Shown piece after piece: positions 26,475-38,611 of a stretch of 64,000 nucleotides of DNA (position 1 is the first letter of the stretch; each line of letters begins with the position of its first letter). Under the pieces are notes generated by a model. The model saw nothing but the letters and a program-made list of their open reading frames with translations, had not been told where the DNA came from and ran no database searches. A program made the position numbers and the translations under genes. The stretch comes from Patellaria atrata CBS 101060. Taxonomy: Eukaryota. Where the stretch lies: the NCBI GenBank assembly GCA_010093705.1, contig MU006092.1, positions 1,258,350 through 1,322,349 on the forward strand, in the 5' to 3' direction.

Positions 26475-28703
26475 TTAAACACTTCCGGTACTACCCACAC
26501 TTTCACACCTCGCCCTCTTATACTTCCCAGTTTCCGTCACAGACCGCCTCAACATCGCCCTGTGCTCCAATCCACGGAGGACTGGTAGCATAACTCGTCT
26601 TTCTGTAAGTTCCCTACTCACATGCCTCATAGGTGGACTCAGTTCAATCAACCACTCTCCCCCGTCCCTATCCGTAACTCTTGCCTGCTGTTGAGCGCGA
26701 TAGTTCTTATACCACTCTCTTACATCAAACTCTTCAGTATACTTCCCCTTAGCATGATCCTGCTCAGAAAACTCCTCAATTTTAGCTCTCGGGTTCTCGG
26801 ATACCTGTAAATTTTGCTCCTCTTCTCTGGCGAGCAACTTCAAAGTCTCCTCATTATTCGCATAATAACCCGATGAACCTTCCAACCCCATCGTTGGCCC
26901 CTTTGCTTCTGCTGGAGCTTCTTCTGCAGCCGACCCTTCCACTTTAGCCGGGGGATGGGAATATCGCATTGAGTACCTGCCCCTTGATTCTTCACTACAG
27001 TTATCCTGTGCTTCATCAATAGTCTCCCACCCGATCCCATGCTCCTGCAGCAATCCCCACAACGTACTAATCATGCCCCGTGCTTGAAGAACCGTCTTTT
27101 CCGTTTCTGTAAGCTCGGCGCGGAGGGTTTGGAGTTCTTCCTCTGTTGGTGTGTTTCCGTTGGGGGAGTGCTGCTCGCGCCGTGGGCCGGTAGAAGCGCC
27201 GGATTCGCAGAATGCGGGACAGCACTGAGGATCATTGCATGGGATTGCAATGAAGGGGGTTGAGGCCGGTGAAGAAATTGTGCGTTTGGCCGATGTCAAG
27301 AATTCGGTCTCCAAGATCTCGGTCCCGTTTGTGGAGAGGTTAGTGGAAGACGTCATGCATCCTTGGGGAAGTACTCCCGCACGGCGGGTGAAAATGTCAT
27401 ATAGAGGTGCTAAGGGAAAGGAATTTTTGATAGGAGGTTCAATTACTTCTTCATCGGGTATTAATATCGCTTTTTCGTGGTCATACGCTTTCCACACTTC
27501 CTCTGCGTCATCGAGAATACCTTTGAAGTGATAAGCTCCATCAATAGTATTCTTGTGATTCATGATTGTAAACCGAATAATGTCGCGCGCTCCGGTGAAA
27601 TGAATCCCGTGATATGTTGCTGCAGCGAGGGTAAGCGGAATTTTGAACATCTCCGTCGATTTCACCGTTCCATCAGCGTTGAAATAATCTCTCTGATAAA
27701 GGAGATAGGGGTAATCGCTATACACCGGATCATCCCATTGTACAGCAAAGTCGAGGCCAGTTTCGTTACTCTCATCGGAAGGTATACTTTGTCTTCCTAC
27801 CCCTGCTTTTCCGTGTAAAGAGGCGACCGGTTCCTCATGTATTGGCCACGACTCACCGTTTGGCCCAACTCCTAAGTAGGTCCTATACATTAATCCTTGG
27901 TTCGGATATACAACAGCATCATAGCTAGACTGGGTAGCGTCATGGGCCTGCCACAACTTCTCCGCGTCCGCAATCACGCGATCGAAACGCGATATGGCAC
28001 CCCAATCCCCGTTTTCGGGATGCTTGAGCATATAGCGGATTGAGTCCCGGAGGCAAGGATTTTGCATTCCGATCGTAATAGCATCGAGTACTGTAGGTGG
28101 ATATTCCTGGAGAATCGCTGTGTCTTCGGCGGTGATTCTAACTGGTGGATCTTCTGAGATCCATGAATTCTCGAGATCGTTCGAGGGGAAGTTATGCCCA
28201 GCTCGAAAACTTGCTCTAAGTCGGTTCTCAACTGACGATTCATCTCCTGCTGGAGACTTAAGAGGACCGTGCGACCTTGTGAGCCAAGAATAACGCTTTC
28301 GACGTGTCCTAGGTTCGGCGTTAATGACCATTGGTTTTGGAATACCAACTTCTGTGGCGTAGGGTTCTTGAGTAGCTTGGCCTGTAACTGGTCCTGAAGA
28401 GTTCCAAAGAGCAGAAGAGTGTTTGTTCTTACGTGCCATGTCAAATCGCACACCATCAACCATAACGAAATCCTGGACGTCTTTTGGATCTATAGAAGGG
28501 GCCAATGTTATGGAGTAAGGGGGAAAGTTAGTGGGCGAATGATTGTGCGGTGTCTCTGAAAACAAAAGTGTCCATAACGTTATGACTCGATGTTCGAGCT
28601 GATGTAGACGCTCTAAAAGAAAGAAATTAATTTAACGTTACTAAGAATTATTACAAATAGTAGATTGCTTACGTTCTACAATTGTATCGCGAAGCTCAGC
28701 CAT
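26475..28703 (-). CDS. Orphan protein of ~720 aa with an internal duplicated domain and coiled coil
   Basis: Exon 1 MAELRDTIVE (28673-28703), intron 28613-28672 (GTAAGC..TAG), then the 696-aa ORF in frame. Confidence 0.7.
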
Positions 28704-29205
28704 TTCTAGGAACTGAAATGATATATTAATATTGGTGAGCGTTGCTTGTCTACTAACAAGGGGTTGATTAAGAAAGCAAGATCTGATTGTAGAAAGAGAA
28801 TCTAGAGTTAGAGTAAGCTGAGATATATAGCAAAAGGTCTGAATAGTACAGCGCATCAAACATCGTCCCCCTCGCAAGTACACGTGGGATTGATAAATAG
28901 ATTGCCGCGCTGTACTGGCTGCTTTGTTGGTAACAGCGTGACACTGGGATCTCATTGTGCACATCTTTGACACACTATAATGGAAACATCGACAATAATC
29001 AGAAAAACACATCGTGGGATTCACAACAGAAAAAACGTGCCAAAAAAAAAAATTGGAGAAGAAGAGCAGTTTTAGACATAATGTATTACTTTTGATCATA
29101 GATGGGGAATGTTTGCGTGTTGATTATGTTCATTGATATACTGCAGAAAATGTAGAACTGGGAATTACTCAGCCAAAAAGATAGCTAAGAAGATGACCAT
29201 CTGGT

Positions 29206-29976
29206 TCAAGAAGAAAGCGAAAGATTATAGTATCCTTGTTGGATATCTACCATATCGACATCTGTCCGTCGGTTCCGAGCAAATGCGTTCATGTTCCTGG
29301 TACACTGATTATTCTCAACCAGGAACCTACCATTATCATAGTTGGTCTGGGGATCGTAAACCCAGAAGTGGGACGCAGATGGGAACATGGTTTGCATGGA
29401 ATGACTAACGTATTTCTGCAAGAGAAGTGCATCAAGCCCCTGCGGATTTGGGTTCGCAAGTTCAGATATCTGACACTGCCAATCTCGCCATTCAAGCTCG
29501 TTGAGCCACTTTCCCAGGAGAAAAACGCGGTCCTGGCATCCCCAGCACATACAATAACATGATTGTGGGTAATCAAAGTTGCATACCATCATTTTGATCC
29601 TCGTAGCCTCCTCGATTACATAAAACCTAGCTTGGTCATCTGGAAGAGGAGGATTTGGGTGCATGAAACGTTGTTCGCGACGTTCGACGTACGAACGAAC
29701 AAGGTCGATGTGGTCAATGATAGTGAGAACCCGTTCATTACAGGTGTCACACATACATTGTCCCTGGCAATTGGGAGGCCCTAGGCGAGCATTTGGGTAT
29801 CCTGCCATACTCCCGCGTAACTCTGGCATAGCCTCTATATAGATAGGATCATTCAAGAAGTTTCGACGATGGATGTCAGTATACGGAGGTTCCCAAATGG
29901 AAGGAAACCAGCGCATGACAGTAGAGGAGACTCCGATAGACCCGCGACGGACAGCGCGTGTTCCAGACATGGACAT
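29206..29976 (-). CDS. Orphan protein with two CxCxxC-x2-RV repeats (putative Zn-binding); 3' end may be spliced
   Basis: 256-codon ATG ORF with NCQGQCMCDTCNERV and QSCYCMCWGCQDRV. Possible donor GTTAGT near 29410. Confidence 0.55.
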   Translation of the reverse strand: MSMSGTRAVRRGSIGVSSTVMRWFPSIWEPPYTDIHRRNFLNDPIYIEAMPELRGSMAGYPNARLGPPNCQGQCMCDTCNERVLTIIDHIDLVRSYVERREQRFMHPNPPLPDDQARFYVIEEATRIKMMVCNFDYPQSCYCMCWGCQDRVFLLGKWLNELEWRDWQCQISELANPNPQGLDALLLQKYVSHSMQTMFPSASHFWVYDPQTNYDNGRFLVENNQCTRNMNAFARNRRTDVDMVDIQQGYYNLSLSS

Positions 29977-32446
29977 TGTAATGTAGGTGGTGTTTTGGAC
30001 GGTTTATGTATATACTTTAGAATCCTTGTGGTGGAGTCCGGTGTGGATGAAATATCCTTTGGTGGAGATGCTGCTGTTTTATGACTAGATGATGAGAACA
30101 GGGTGTTTATACATCTGTCATGATAACATTTTGCATATTGTAAAGTGAGCGTGTGAAACAAGTTGTGCAAGTAGAATGTCTTTGACTCCTGGTGTGTTGT
30201 GAAGAATATAAAAGGGGATAGCAACAGATAACAGCACAATGTTCAACAAGGGTTGAAAGACTGGAAGCATTGTTCTGGAAAGACTGGGACTTGATGTAAG
30301 AGAGGTGTGTTGTGTACGAAACCCGTGCGCGAAAGAATGGTTCTATGAAATCGCAAAAAATATAAGTATGAAATTGAAAAAAAAATAGAAAAAAATAAAA
30401 AAAAATCACAGCGTGGGTAGAGAAGTGGATTCAAGAAGCGATAGTTTGCTATGTAAAGTAGCAGAGTTGACGGTGAAGTTGTTACTCTACATCCACGGGT
30501 ACAGTGCCTTTAGCGTGTCCGAGGCACTGTATTCTCACTTCGATTATACAATGCTAGTAACAGTTAAAAATTCGTGATCCAAAGACAATGCGGATGAGTT
30601 CTATGGCGATGGAGATGATGTGCGAGGTCTCTTGTAAGCTAAGATTTGAGATGAAGATGGAATCTAGCTCGCGCTACCCAGATACCAGGCTCCCGTTCAA
30701 AGTCGGATATACCTTATCAAGTAAGTAGTAAGTAACAAGGAAGGACATATTTCATTTTTGTTGTTGAACACCTTTGAAGGTGATGCATGATGCGCGATGA
30801 TCTAAATATGAGTTGAGGATGCACGAAGGAAAAGTTTTCAACGCTGTCATCAGCAGACGAAAAGAGGATGCAGCAGATGCAGCAAGCAGATGTAATCCTC
30901 ACAGCCTGGTTAGGGTCCCCGGACTTTTTGGCCTGGAGAATGGGAGATTTGGGGCTCTGGGCTCGTATGGGAGGGTTTTCTTGCTTACGACGTGGGCGGT
31001 CGGGGCGCCCTTGCACCCAGACTTGACTCTTTCCTTTTGCTTGTCGTTGCTTTCTTGCCGCTTTCTTGGGAAGTTTGTTGGGCTGTTGGCGGGGCAGAGG
31101 GTAGAAGGCAGAAGGTGGTGCATTTGGCCTTAGCGCTACATCTGAAACACCTAAACAAGCCGTACATCAAAACGACAGAAAAAGGGAAGAGCGACTGAGC
31201 GAGGGGGAGAGGCCTGGAGGGGGAGGGGCACTCTGGCGCAACTTTGGCGGAACTTCATCAGACACAGTACACGCACACTAGCAAAATAGCTGTTTCTATT
31301 TTGTTTCTACTTTCTCGATAGATTTTTCTCATCACATTCCCGTCTTCCCAAATCATAGGAATCGTAATAAAGATTTCTGTTTTGTGTTTCCGCCTTTCCA
31401 AAGAACCGCACATTCTGTACCATGCCGGTCGAGCATGATCGCCAAACCTGAAACAAGACGCCATTTGGTAGTTGCACCGAAGCGTCAACAACGGCCACAC
31501 GCCCTATAATTAGAGCCAAAAGTACAACCAACGAGCAACGACAAAGCTCGACATTCAGCAAGGCTCACCGACATAACTTACCATAAAACTACAGTACCCG
31601 GTACATCTGTTCTGTAATCATAACCGTCCTGAGTCTTGACCCCTCTTCCCTGCTTTCTTTTCGTAAGGTGACCCGTATACCTTCGAAAGGATATAAACTC
31701 CGAGCCCCTTTGTGGCCCCCAGCAGCTACGTACAGGACATTCGAACCTCCCGGTAAGATTCATCCATCTACTGGGCAAGCTTAAGCGCCAGAACATCCAA
31801 CCCCGGTCAGCGCTTCCACCACTCTTATTCTCCACGCGCTCCAGAACTCCATCCCGCTGTTCAGTAAAAAGAGCCAGCCAGCCCAAGTTTCCACGAGACA
31901 AACTCGGCCACAAGAAGCTGCTTCCAGAAGCCTGGCAAGCGCTGCGACTACCGATTGGCGAACTCGATTGCGCCAGTACACTATCTGAACACTCTCCTCG
32001 GCGCAAAGAGAACTTGGATCATTGCGCCAGAGCCTCAAACTTCTCCCGAAGCCTACACACCACGATTGTCTCTAAAGCAGGAGCAAACCTGTTCCGTTCG
32101 GTGTAACGCGATTCCATTGCGAAGATACCGCGACCTTTGCTATCTTGACCCTCTCGACCATAAATCACCGAACTTCCGGGAGGCACGGTTGGATTAAAAT
32201 TGGGAAATTTCCTCAATAGATTCAGGAGAAAGAGCTGGGACATTGAGGCGCGGTCACAAAAGCATAAAACAGCAACGTTCTAGTACCTATACTGGTTCAT
32301 CCTCCGGCCCATATCGCGACCTTGAGAAGCTAGTACGCTCGTAATAAGATTGGGACTCTTTTGGATTACCCTTTGGGACTTTGGGGATTTGGGTTATTGC
32401 GCCGTTGGTTAGGAGGAGAGTGCGGATACCATTGTAAACCTTCATC

Positions 32447-33910
32447 ATGGCAGCCGTCCTCTCCCCTAAACATTCATCCTCATCAAAGTCACCCTCGTCA
32501 GGTTCTCTTCCGCAACGATCGGCGGCATCTCCAAATCCATCACCGCAGTCGCTTCCACCTCTCGTAACCTCTCCACCACTGAAAACACCAGGCAGTCAGC
32601 GGATACCCTCGTACGCCAACAAACGATTATCCACATTCTCCACTGTATCCAGCGGATTCTCAAAATCACGGCCTCAATCAAGCGTATTCCCTGTCTTTCA
32701 CTCCAGCTTACCATATGCACTAGTGCGCGACTTTGCATACCCGCAATTCCATCCCCTTCATTATGGCCCCTTACCGGAAGACCGATCGGAAGTCTCCACA
32801 CCCGCCAGTGAACGGCAAAGACGATTATCAGACCCTCCGCCAACTTGGGAAGGCTCGCGAGGAAACTGGTCCGCAACACCATGGGGCTCAGGTGAGCAAT
32901 TACCGCAAACGTCTTTCGGAGATGGACCGCCTTGGAGTGAAGATGAGGACCTTCACAGCCCTGTAGTTACTAGTGCCAGGCACAAGAAGCACAAAAGCAA
33001 CACCATCGACTTTGACCACAATCGAGGCCGTTCGCGAGACTCACGGGGTTCATATACTACCACGAACGGTGACGGTAGTCAAACCGTGTACCGTAGTGAT
33101 CCAGGTGGCGATTATATAACATACCCCCCAAACTCTGCGCGACACGGACAACAACTCGCCATCCCCTCCTCTGGCGACGATGCATCGCGGCGAGATTCCC
33201 ACTTCGCCGCCACCCTTCCGAGCCGAACTTATGCCGACGCCCCATCCAACGCCGCACCATATGATCACGAGATGGACTCCCCTGATGACGACGAACCGGA
33301 TGATGATTTTATGACTGATGAATCCCGTTTCTCTCGCGATTATCAATTCACAATTGCTTCCCCCGATGAAGAGTACCACGGGAAGGCTGTGGCACTGTTC
33401 GACTTTGCGAGGGAAAACGAGAATGAGCTCCCCCTCATCGAAGGTCAAGTTATTCTAGTATCTTACCGCCAGAGCCAAGGCTGGCTCGTCGCGCAGGACC
33501 CGAAGACTGGGGAGTCAGGCCTCGTGCCGGAAGAGTACGTGCGTCTACTTCGAGACATCGAAGGCGGGTTGAATGGCCTCATGAACGGTGTCTTCTCTCC
33601 CTTAGCAGAATCACAAAATAGGGGAGCTCTCGCGCACTCCGGCGCCTTTGCGGAGAGCCCCGCGGAAGCGAAAACCCCAACCCAAGCGGAGATGCCAGGA
33701 CATAAGCGGAGCGGGAGTGGCACGGGGCAAGCGCATTATACACCTGTCGTCAGCACGTTTTCGACGAGCAGTAAAGACCTAGAACTTGTACCGGGACATT
33801 TGTTAGGGAGTCAGGTTAGTACGCCTGTTGTGGAAGGGCAATTTGGGAGGAGAGGGAGCGAAGATCGAAGACCGGGGAGTGGAAGGGGAGATAAGATGGA
33901 TCTGAGTTGA
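32447..33910 (+). CDS. NBP2: SH3-domain adaptor, Nbp2/Skb5-like (HOG pathway regulator)
   Basis: FPVFHSSLPYALVRDFAY..HPLHYG motif and SH3 domain GKAVALFDFARENENELPL..GWLVA..GLVPEEYV. Confidence 0.8.
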   Translation: MAAVLSPKHSSSSKSPSSGSLPQRSAASPNPSPQSLPPLVTSPPLKTPGSQRIPSYANKRLSTFSTVSSGFSKSRPQSSVFPVFHSSLPYALVRDFAYPQFHPLHYGPLPEDRSEVSTPASERQRRLSDPPPTWEGSRGNWSATPWGSGEQLPQTSFGDGPPWSEDEDLHSPVVTSARHKKHKSNTIDFDHNRGRSRDSRGSYTTTNGDGSQTVYRSDPGGDYITYPPNSARHGQQLAIPSSGDDASRRDSHFAATLPSRTYADAPSNAAPYDHEMDSPDDDEPDDDFMTDESRFSRDYQFTIASPDEEYHGKAVALFDFARENENELPLIEGQVILVSYRQSQGWLVAQDPKTGESGLVPEEYVRLLRDIEGGLNGLMNGVFSPLAESQNRGALAHSGAFAESPAEAKTPTQAEMPGHKRSGSGTGQAHYTPVVSTFSTSSKDLELVPGHLLGSQVSTPVVEGQFGRRGSEDRRPGSGRGDKMDLS

Positions 33911-34967
33911 TGAAAGAAGTTGAAAATGAGCAAAGATGAGGAGAGGAAGTGAGGTTTGCGCGTTCTGGCATCGCGTTGGCGTAATTGGTTTTCTTCAACT
34001 TGGGGATATTGCAGGGCCTTCTGGTTACCTCTTCGTTTCTTTCCGCTATAACCTTCTTGGTTGCCCTTTTTCTTCACGTTCGCTTCGTCCTTGTCTTTAT
34101 CACCCCTATTTCTGTTTCCTTTTCTGTTCAGCCGTCCACTTGTTCTTATCTTGTGCTGGTGGAGAGACTTCCTTTTTTGTGCCACGAACCTTCATCTCCT
34201 CCCCTCCGATTTTACTTCACCATTTTTCTTTTCAGCGGAGGGAGGGCTCAGATTGCGACGACCGATACGAGGAAGTGGTAGGATATGTTCTATGCATGTC
34301 TTCTTTTTTGGATGCTAGTGTGAAGGAGGAACTATTAGGCAAATAGTTGATGGATATGGGATGTTTGATTGACCCCGGGCTGTAGAGTAAGAGAATCCAT
34401 GATACATACTTCAGATGTTGCCACATTTGTTTGATAATAAAGTCTAAAACCTGGGAAGTTTATATACATAACTTCGACTGATGAATATATTTGAAGGCTG
34501 ATGCTCACCGCCCAGGGCACCTAAATTTGTAGGACAAACCGCCAGATTAAGGCGGGATTGAACGGTTATCCAACCGACTTCCCAGAATCTATCATCCAGG
34601 GTAATACAGTCCCCGTAATGCTGAGGACTATTGAAGTACTATCATAATTGAGTTTCCACAGCAATGCTTTCTTTCATCGTTACTTCCTAACCCGGGGTTC
34701 CTCTCAGTCCCCCAACTTACCATCTCAGTAAACATAAGTGATTTCCTTACCTTGAGGGAAATTCAACCTAATTATGGCTACGTTGTATATCTTGACGTCC
34801 CTTGCATTAGGTTACTCATCCCCAGGCTGATTACCAGCGTGCATGTAGACTTAAGTATTACTTCATCCTCTCTCACCCCTTCTTTTCTTCCCGTCCCTTA
34901 ACCCCTTCCTTTCTCTTCTCATTCACAACTCCACTATGTCCGCATTTCTCATTATTTCTCGCGTACC

Positions 34968-36569
34968 TCACGCTTGAAACGTAATCGTTTTCAACCTTAG
35001 GAACTCGTTGATGCCCTCTTCAGCATTGAACCTGCCCCACCCGCTTTCTTTCACTCCTCCGTGCGGCAGACTCGCTTCGTCGTGGATGGTCATGGAGTTG
35101 ATATGGACGGCTCTAAGATATCACGTTAGCTCACAACCCCTTAGGTACTTCAACTTGACCATCCATTCCAGCCCCGATTTTCAATTCATTTAGCCTTGTG
35201 GCTAACTGCCCAAACCTTGTAACGAAAGAAAAACTGAATGTAGCTCGACTCACCCTGATTCTATCTGACCAGCGATTTTAAGACCCCGTCTCAAATCGCG
35301 TGTAAATACCGCCCCGGTCAAGCCGTAGGTAGTGTCGTTCGCCAACGCTATAGCTTCCTCATCGCTCTCGACCTCAATGAGACTCACAGTCGGTCCAAAG
35401 CTCTCAGTATGGTACAAGTCCATCTCATTACTTACTCCTTCCACCACTATGGGACGCATACGGTATTTAGAGTCCTCCTCTCTTAACACGTCGCCGTATA
35501 CCACCTTGGCACCTTTGCCTACAGCATCTTTGATCAATTTCTGATTCTTTTCGACCGCCGCCGATTGGATGAGTACGGGCGCTTCCTTCGTGCCCCCAAA
35601 AATCCCCTCAACGGCTTTTTCCAATGCCTCTTTAAAATCACCCACGATCTCCTTCCTTACTAAGATTCGCTCCGTCGCCATGCAAATCTGCCCTGAGTGC
35701 AGAAAGGATCCTAAGGCAACCTGGGTCGCCGCTTTCTGCAGATCCGCGTCTTCACATATGATGGCGCTCGCCTTCCCACCTAACTCCATCAGGACGGGTT
35801 TCAGGGCTTTCCCCGCTGTTGCCGCTATTATCCGTCCTATCGCGGTACTGCCGGTGAAGTTCACCTTCTTGACAGCCGGATTCTCGATCAATGATTTCGT
35901 GACATCCGCAGCATCAGCTTGGCGCGTATATATGACATTCAAGCATCCCTTAGGCAGTCCCGCCGCAGCCATTATAGAACCAATACAGTGGAACGTCCGC
36001 GGCGAAAGCTCGCTGCCCTTCAGCACGGCGGTGCATCCTGCCGCGAGCGCCGGCACGAAGGCGCGGAAACCTAGGACCAGAGGCGCATTCCAGGGTGCAA
36101 TCCCCAATACTACACCCATGGGTTCTTTGACCACCATCGCGCTCACGTCTTCTTGCGCGCAAACCGGTATACTCCCTCCTAGCGCCCCGGCCAACCTACC
36201 AGCCACATCCTTTATCATCTCCACGGTTGTCGGGACGTTGAAGCCTTCCGCGAACGCGGGCAGCGCCCCCGTCTCCTCTTTCATGTACCGCGCTATCTCG
36301 TCGCTGCGTTCAGCGAGGATGTCGGCGGCGCGGAGAAGGATGTCTCGACGGTAGGAGGGCTTGGTTGCGCGCCAGGAAGCGAGGGCGGCAGTGGCAGCTG
36401 AGATCGCGGATTTGGCCTCAGCGACGGAGGCGGAGGAACTGTGGTGGAGAAATTGGAGGGTGGACGGTGATGTTATGGGGAAGGTGGTCTCTGTTGTGAC
36501 CTCTTCGCCATTGATCAGAAGGGGGACGGTATAGTGGGTCCCATTGACATTTGTGCTGTTGGTTTCCAT
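34968..36569 (-). CDS. NAD(P)+ aldehyde dehydrogenase (salicylaldehyde/vanillin dehydrogenase-like)
   Basis: PWNAP, FTGSTAIG, ELGGK, SGQICMAT (catalytic Cys), ESFGP. Last exon AVHINSMTIHDEASLPHGGVKESGWGRF ends at TGA 34968-34970. Confidence 0.92.
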
Positions 36570-37417
36570 TCTAGATACCGTATATGGTGGAGGTGCTATT
36601 CACGGGCTTGTTCTGGGATATGAGTTAGTGTATAAATTTGAATGGCAGTCGATTGGGGATTAGAGGTTAGGCCGAGAGAGAGCAGCTTTACTCCGATATA
36701 CATTTCATCGGGGCACAAATCGATACATCCCCGCGTAACCCTAACCCCAGAAAAAATCCTTCCCCCCCATCAAGCTAAATTTCGTCATTTCGAGTAGGGT
36801 TAAAGGAGGGGGTGGGTGTTGTAATTCTAAAGGGTATAGTGGTTTTTTCAAAATCGAGCTAAAAGCTTCGCTTCGCGCTCCGTGTCAGCCGAGACGACTC
36901 GGGACGGGAGAACCGACACGACCGAGCCGCGAAGCTAAGACGGAACCAGAGGCTTGGCCCCCTTTTCGGCAGTTCTAACGATATCGGCATTAATTACTAC
37001 CAGTTCTCTCTCGGTGAAACCTTTCTACTTTCACCTTTTTGTTCTTCATTCGATCAATACTCAATGCATTTCAATAGGGGTAATGCTGGTATCTGGATCA
37101 ATTGTTGCATTAACGGAGCCTTTGCCTGATGGGACCGGAGATAGAATCTCGTCCGAGCGTTACGTCCTCTGTATCGAGTTCAACCAAGGCAGAAGTGTAT
37201 GGTCTCACTAAGCAATATTCCCTTTCGTCTAGCGCTGGAATAGTCATGGTCTGATTTGCTATTGCTAAAAACCCCTTTTTTTCATTTCATGATTGTTTAT
37301 GAGTGCTTTGTGGACATACCTATCGATATCTGAAAAGACTGTTCTACCATTACCCTCCCAGTGAATATTCCACCTTCTTCTCCGCTATATCATGAACTTG
37401 CTAGTCTTTTGGGAATG

Positions 37418-38611
37418 CTATGGAATTTGCCCTGGACCATATGGTACATTCTTCAGCACTCCCTTGTCTAGAATGTAAATAAAATATTGCTCCAATGTCT
37501 CTGCTCTCATTTTAAGAGTTTCCATTTCGGCCTTGAGAGTCCTCATCTCCTTCGTCATGGTAAGCTTTTCAATTTCCATTGACTCCACGTAATCCTGCAT
37601 CTTTGCGACGACCGCATCAAGATTTCTACCTTCTTCTTCGTGTTCTATTTGGTCCTGTTTTCGGGCCTCCTTATTTCGAAGACATGAACCTCGCCAGACC
37701 CGCACCTCTATCTTGCTCAGACGCAATTGCCTATCCAGACTCTCGACTTCTTCTTTCAGCTGTCTCCTTTCGTCCTCTACGCTGAGGTCTGGATCGGACT
37801 TGTGTGAAACCTCAGATGAGGTCGTCATGGCAGTGTCTTCGGGAACGGCGCCACCTGGCTGCTCGCTTTCAACCCCCTTTGCATCCGAGGGACCGTGATA
37901 GGCTTTAGTGCCGATTCTACCGAGAGTTTCCACCTTTTCCTTCAATGATAGCGGCGTCTCGTTCTCAGGTTCTGGCGGGTTACGCTTCCTCTTACCTGCT
38001 TCTGGCACTTTCACGTCGTCGGGTGAGGTTTGCATACGAATATCACGAGCCATAGCGCCGTCTAGCTGCACATTCTGTATTTTGTCTCCACCTTGAGTGA
38101 TGTTTTGAGTCGAAGCAGCTGCTTTAGTGGTAACCTCTTTCTCCCTTTCCTTCATTCCGAATGCAAGACATTCAACGGTTATGGCCTCGAGGTCTGCTAT
38201 CATCTTTGCGTCTGGTGGAGTTCCCATAGGAGTATCTTGAGGCACAGGACCATCTTGTTGCGCATTTCGATGACCGTCTTCGTCAGCTGTGGCGTTCTCA
38301 GGAGCGCCCATGGCGTCGTCTTGATTCTCATCAGCCTCTTGCTCGTTTGGGTCGTCGGGTGTTGTCTGCGTAGCGGCATGCTCGGAAATCGCTCTGTCTG
38401 CACCCCAATTGGAAAACACGTCTGTATTGAACGTGACGTTCGGACGTGGGGTTGGCACTCGAATAGCAATACGCATCCGCCTAATTTCTCTCCGGAGAGA
38501 TCTCAGCACTTGGTTGGAGCTGAAGTCCGCTATTCGAGAACTATGTTTCATTCGTTGGATTACTACGTATACGCTCTTCAGAGCCTCGTCGGCGGTCATG
38601 GGGGAAGCCAT
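37418..38611 (-). CDS. Orphan acidic/low-complexity protein with C-terminal coiled coil
   Basis: 397-codon ATG ORF; heptad-like C-terminus (ERRQLKEEVESLDRQL...MRTLKAEMETLKMRAETL). Confidence 0.65.
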   Translation of the reverse strand: MASPMTADEALKSVYVVIQRMKHSSRIADFSSNQVLRSLRREIRRMRIAIRVPTPRPNVTFNTDVFSNWGADRAISEHAATQTTPDDPNEQEADENQDDAMGAPENATADEDGHRNAQQDGPVPQDTPMGTPPDAKMIADLEAITVECLAFGMKEREKEVTTKAAASTQNITQGGDKIQNVQLDGAMARDIRMQTSPDDVKVPEAGKRKRNPPEPENETPLSLKEKVETLGRIGTKAYHGPSDAKGVESEQPGGAVPEDTAMTTSSEVSHKSDPDLSVEDERRQLKEEVESLDRQLRLSKIEVRVWRGSCLRNKEARKQDQIEHEEEGRNLDAVVAKMQDYVESMEIEKLTMTKEMRTLKAEMETLKMRAETLEQYFIYILDKGVLKNVPYGPGQIP

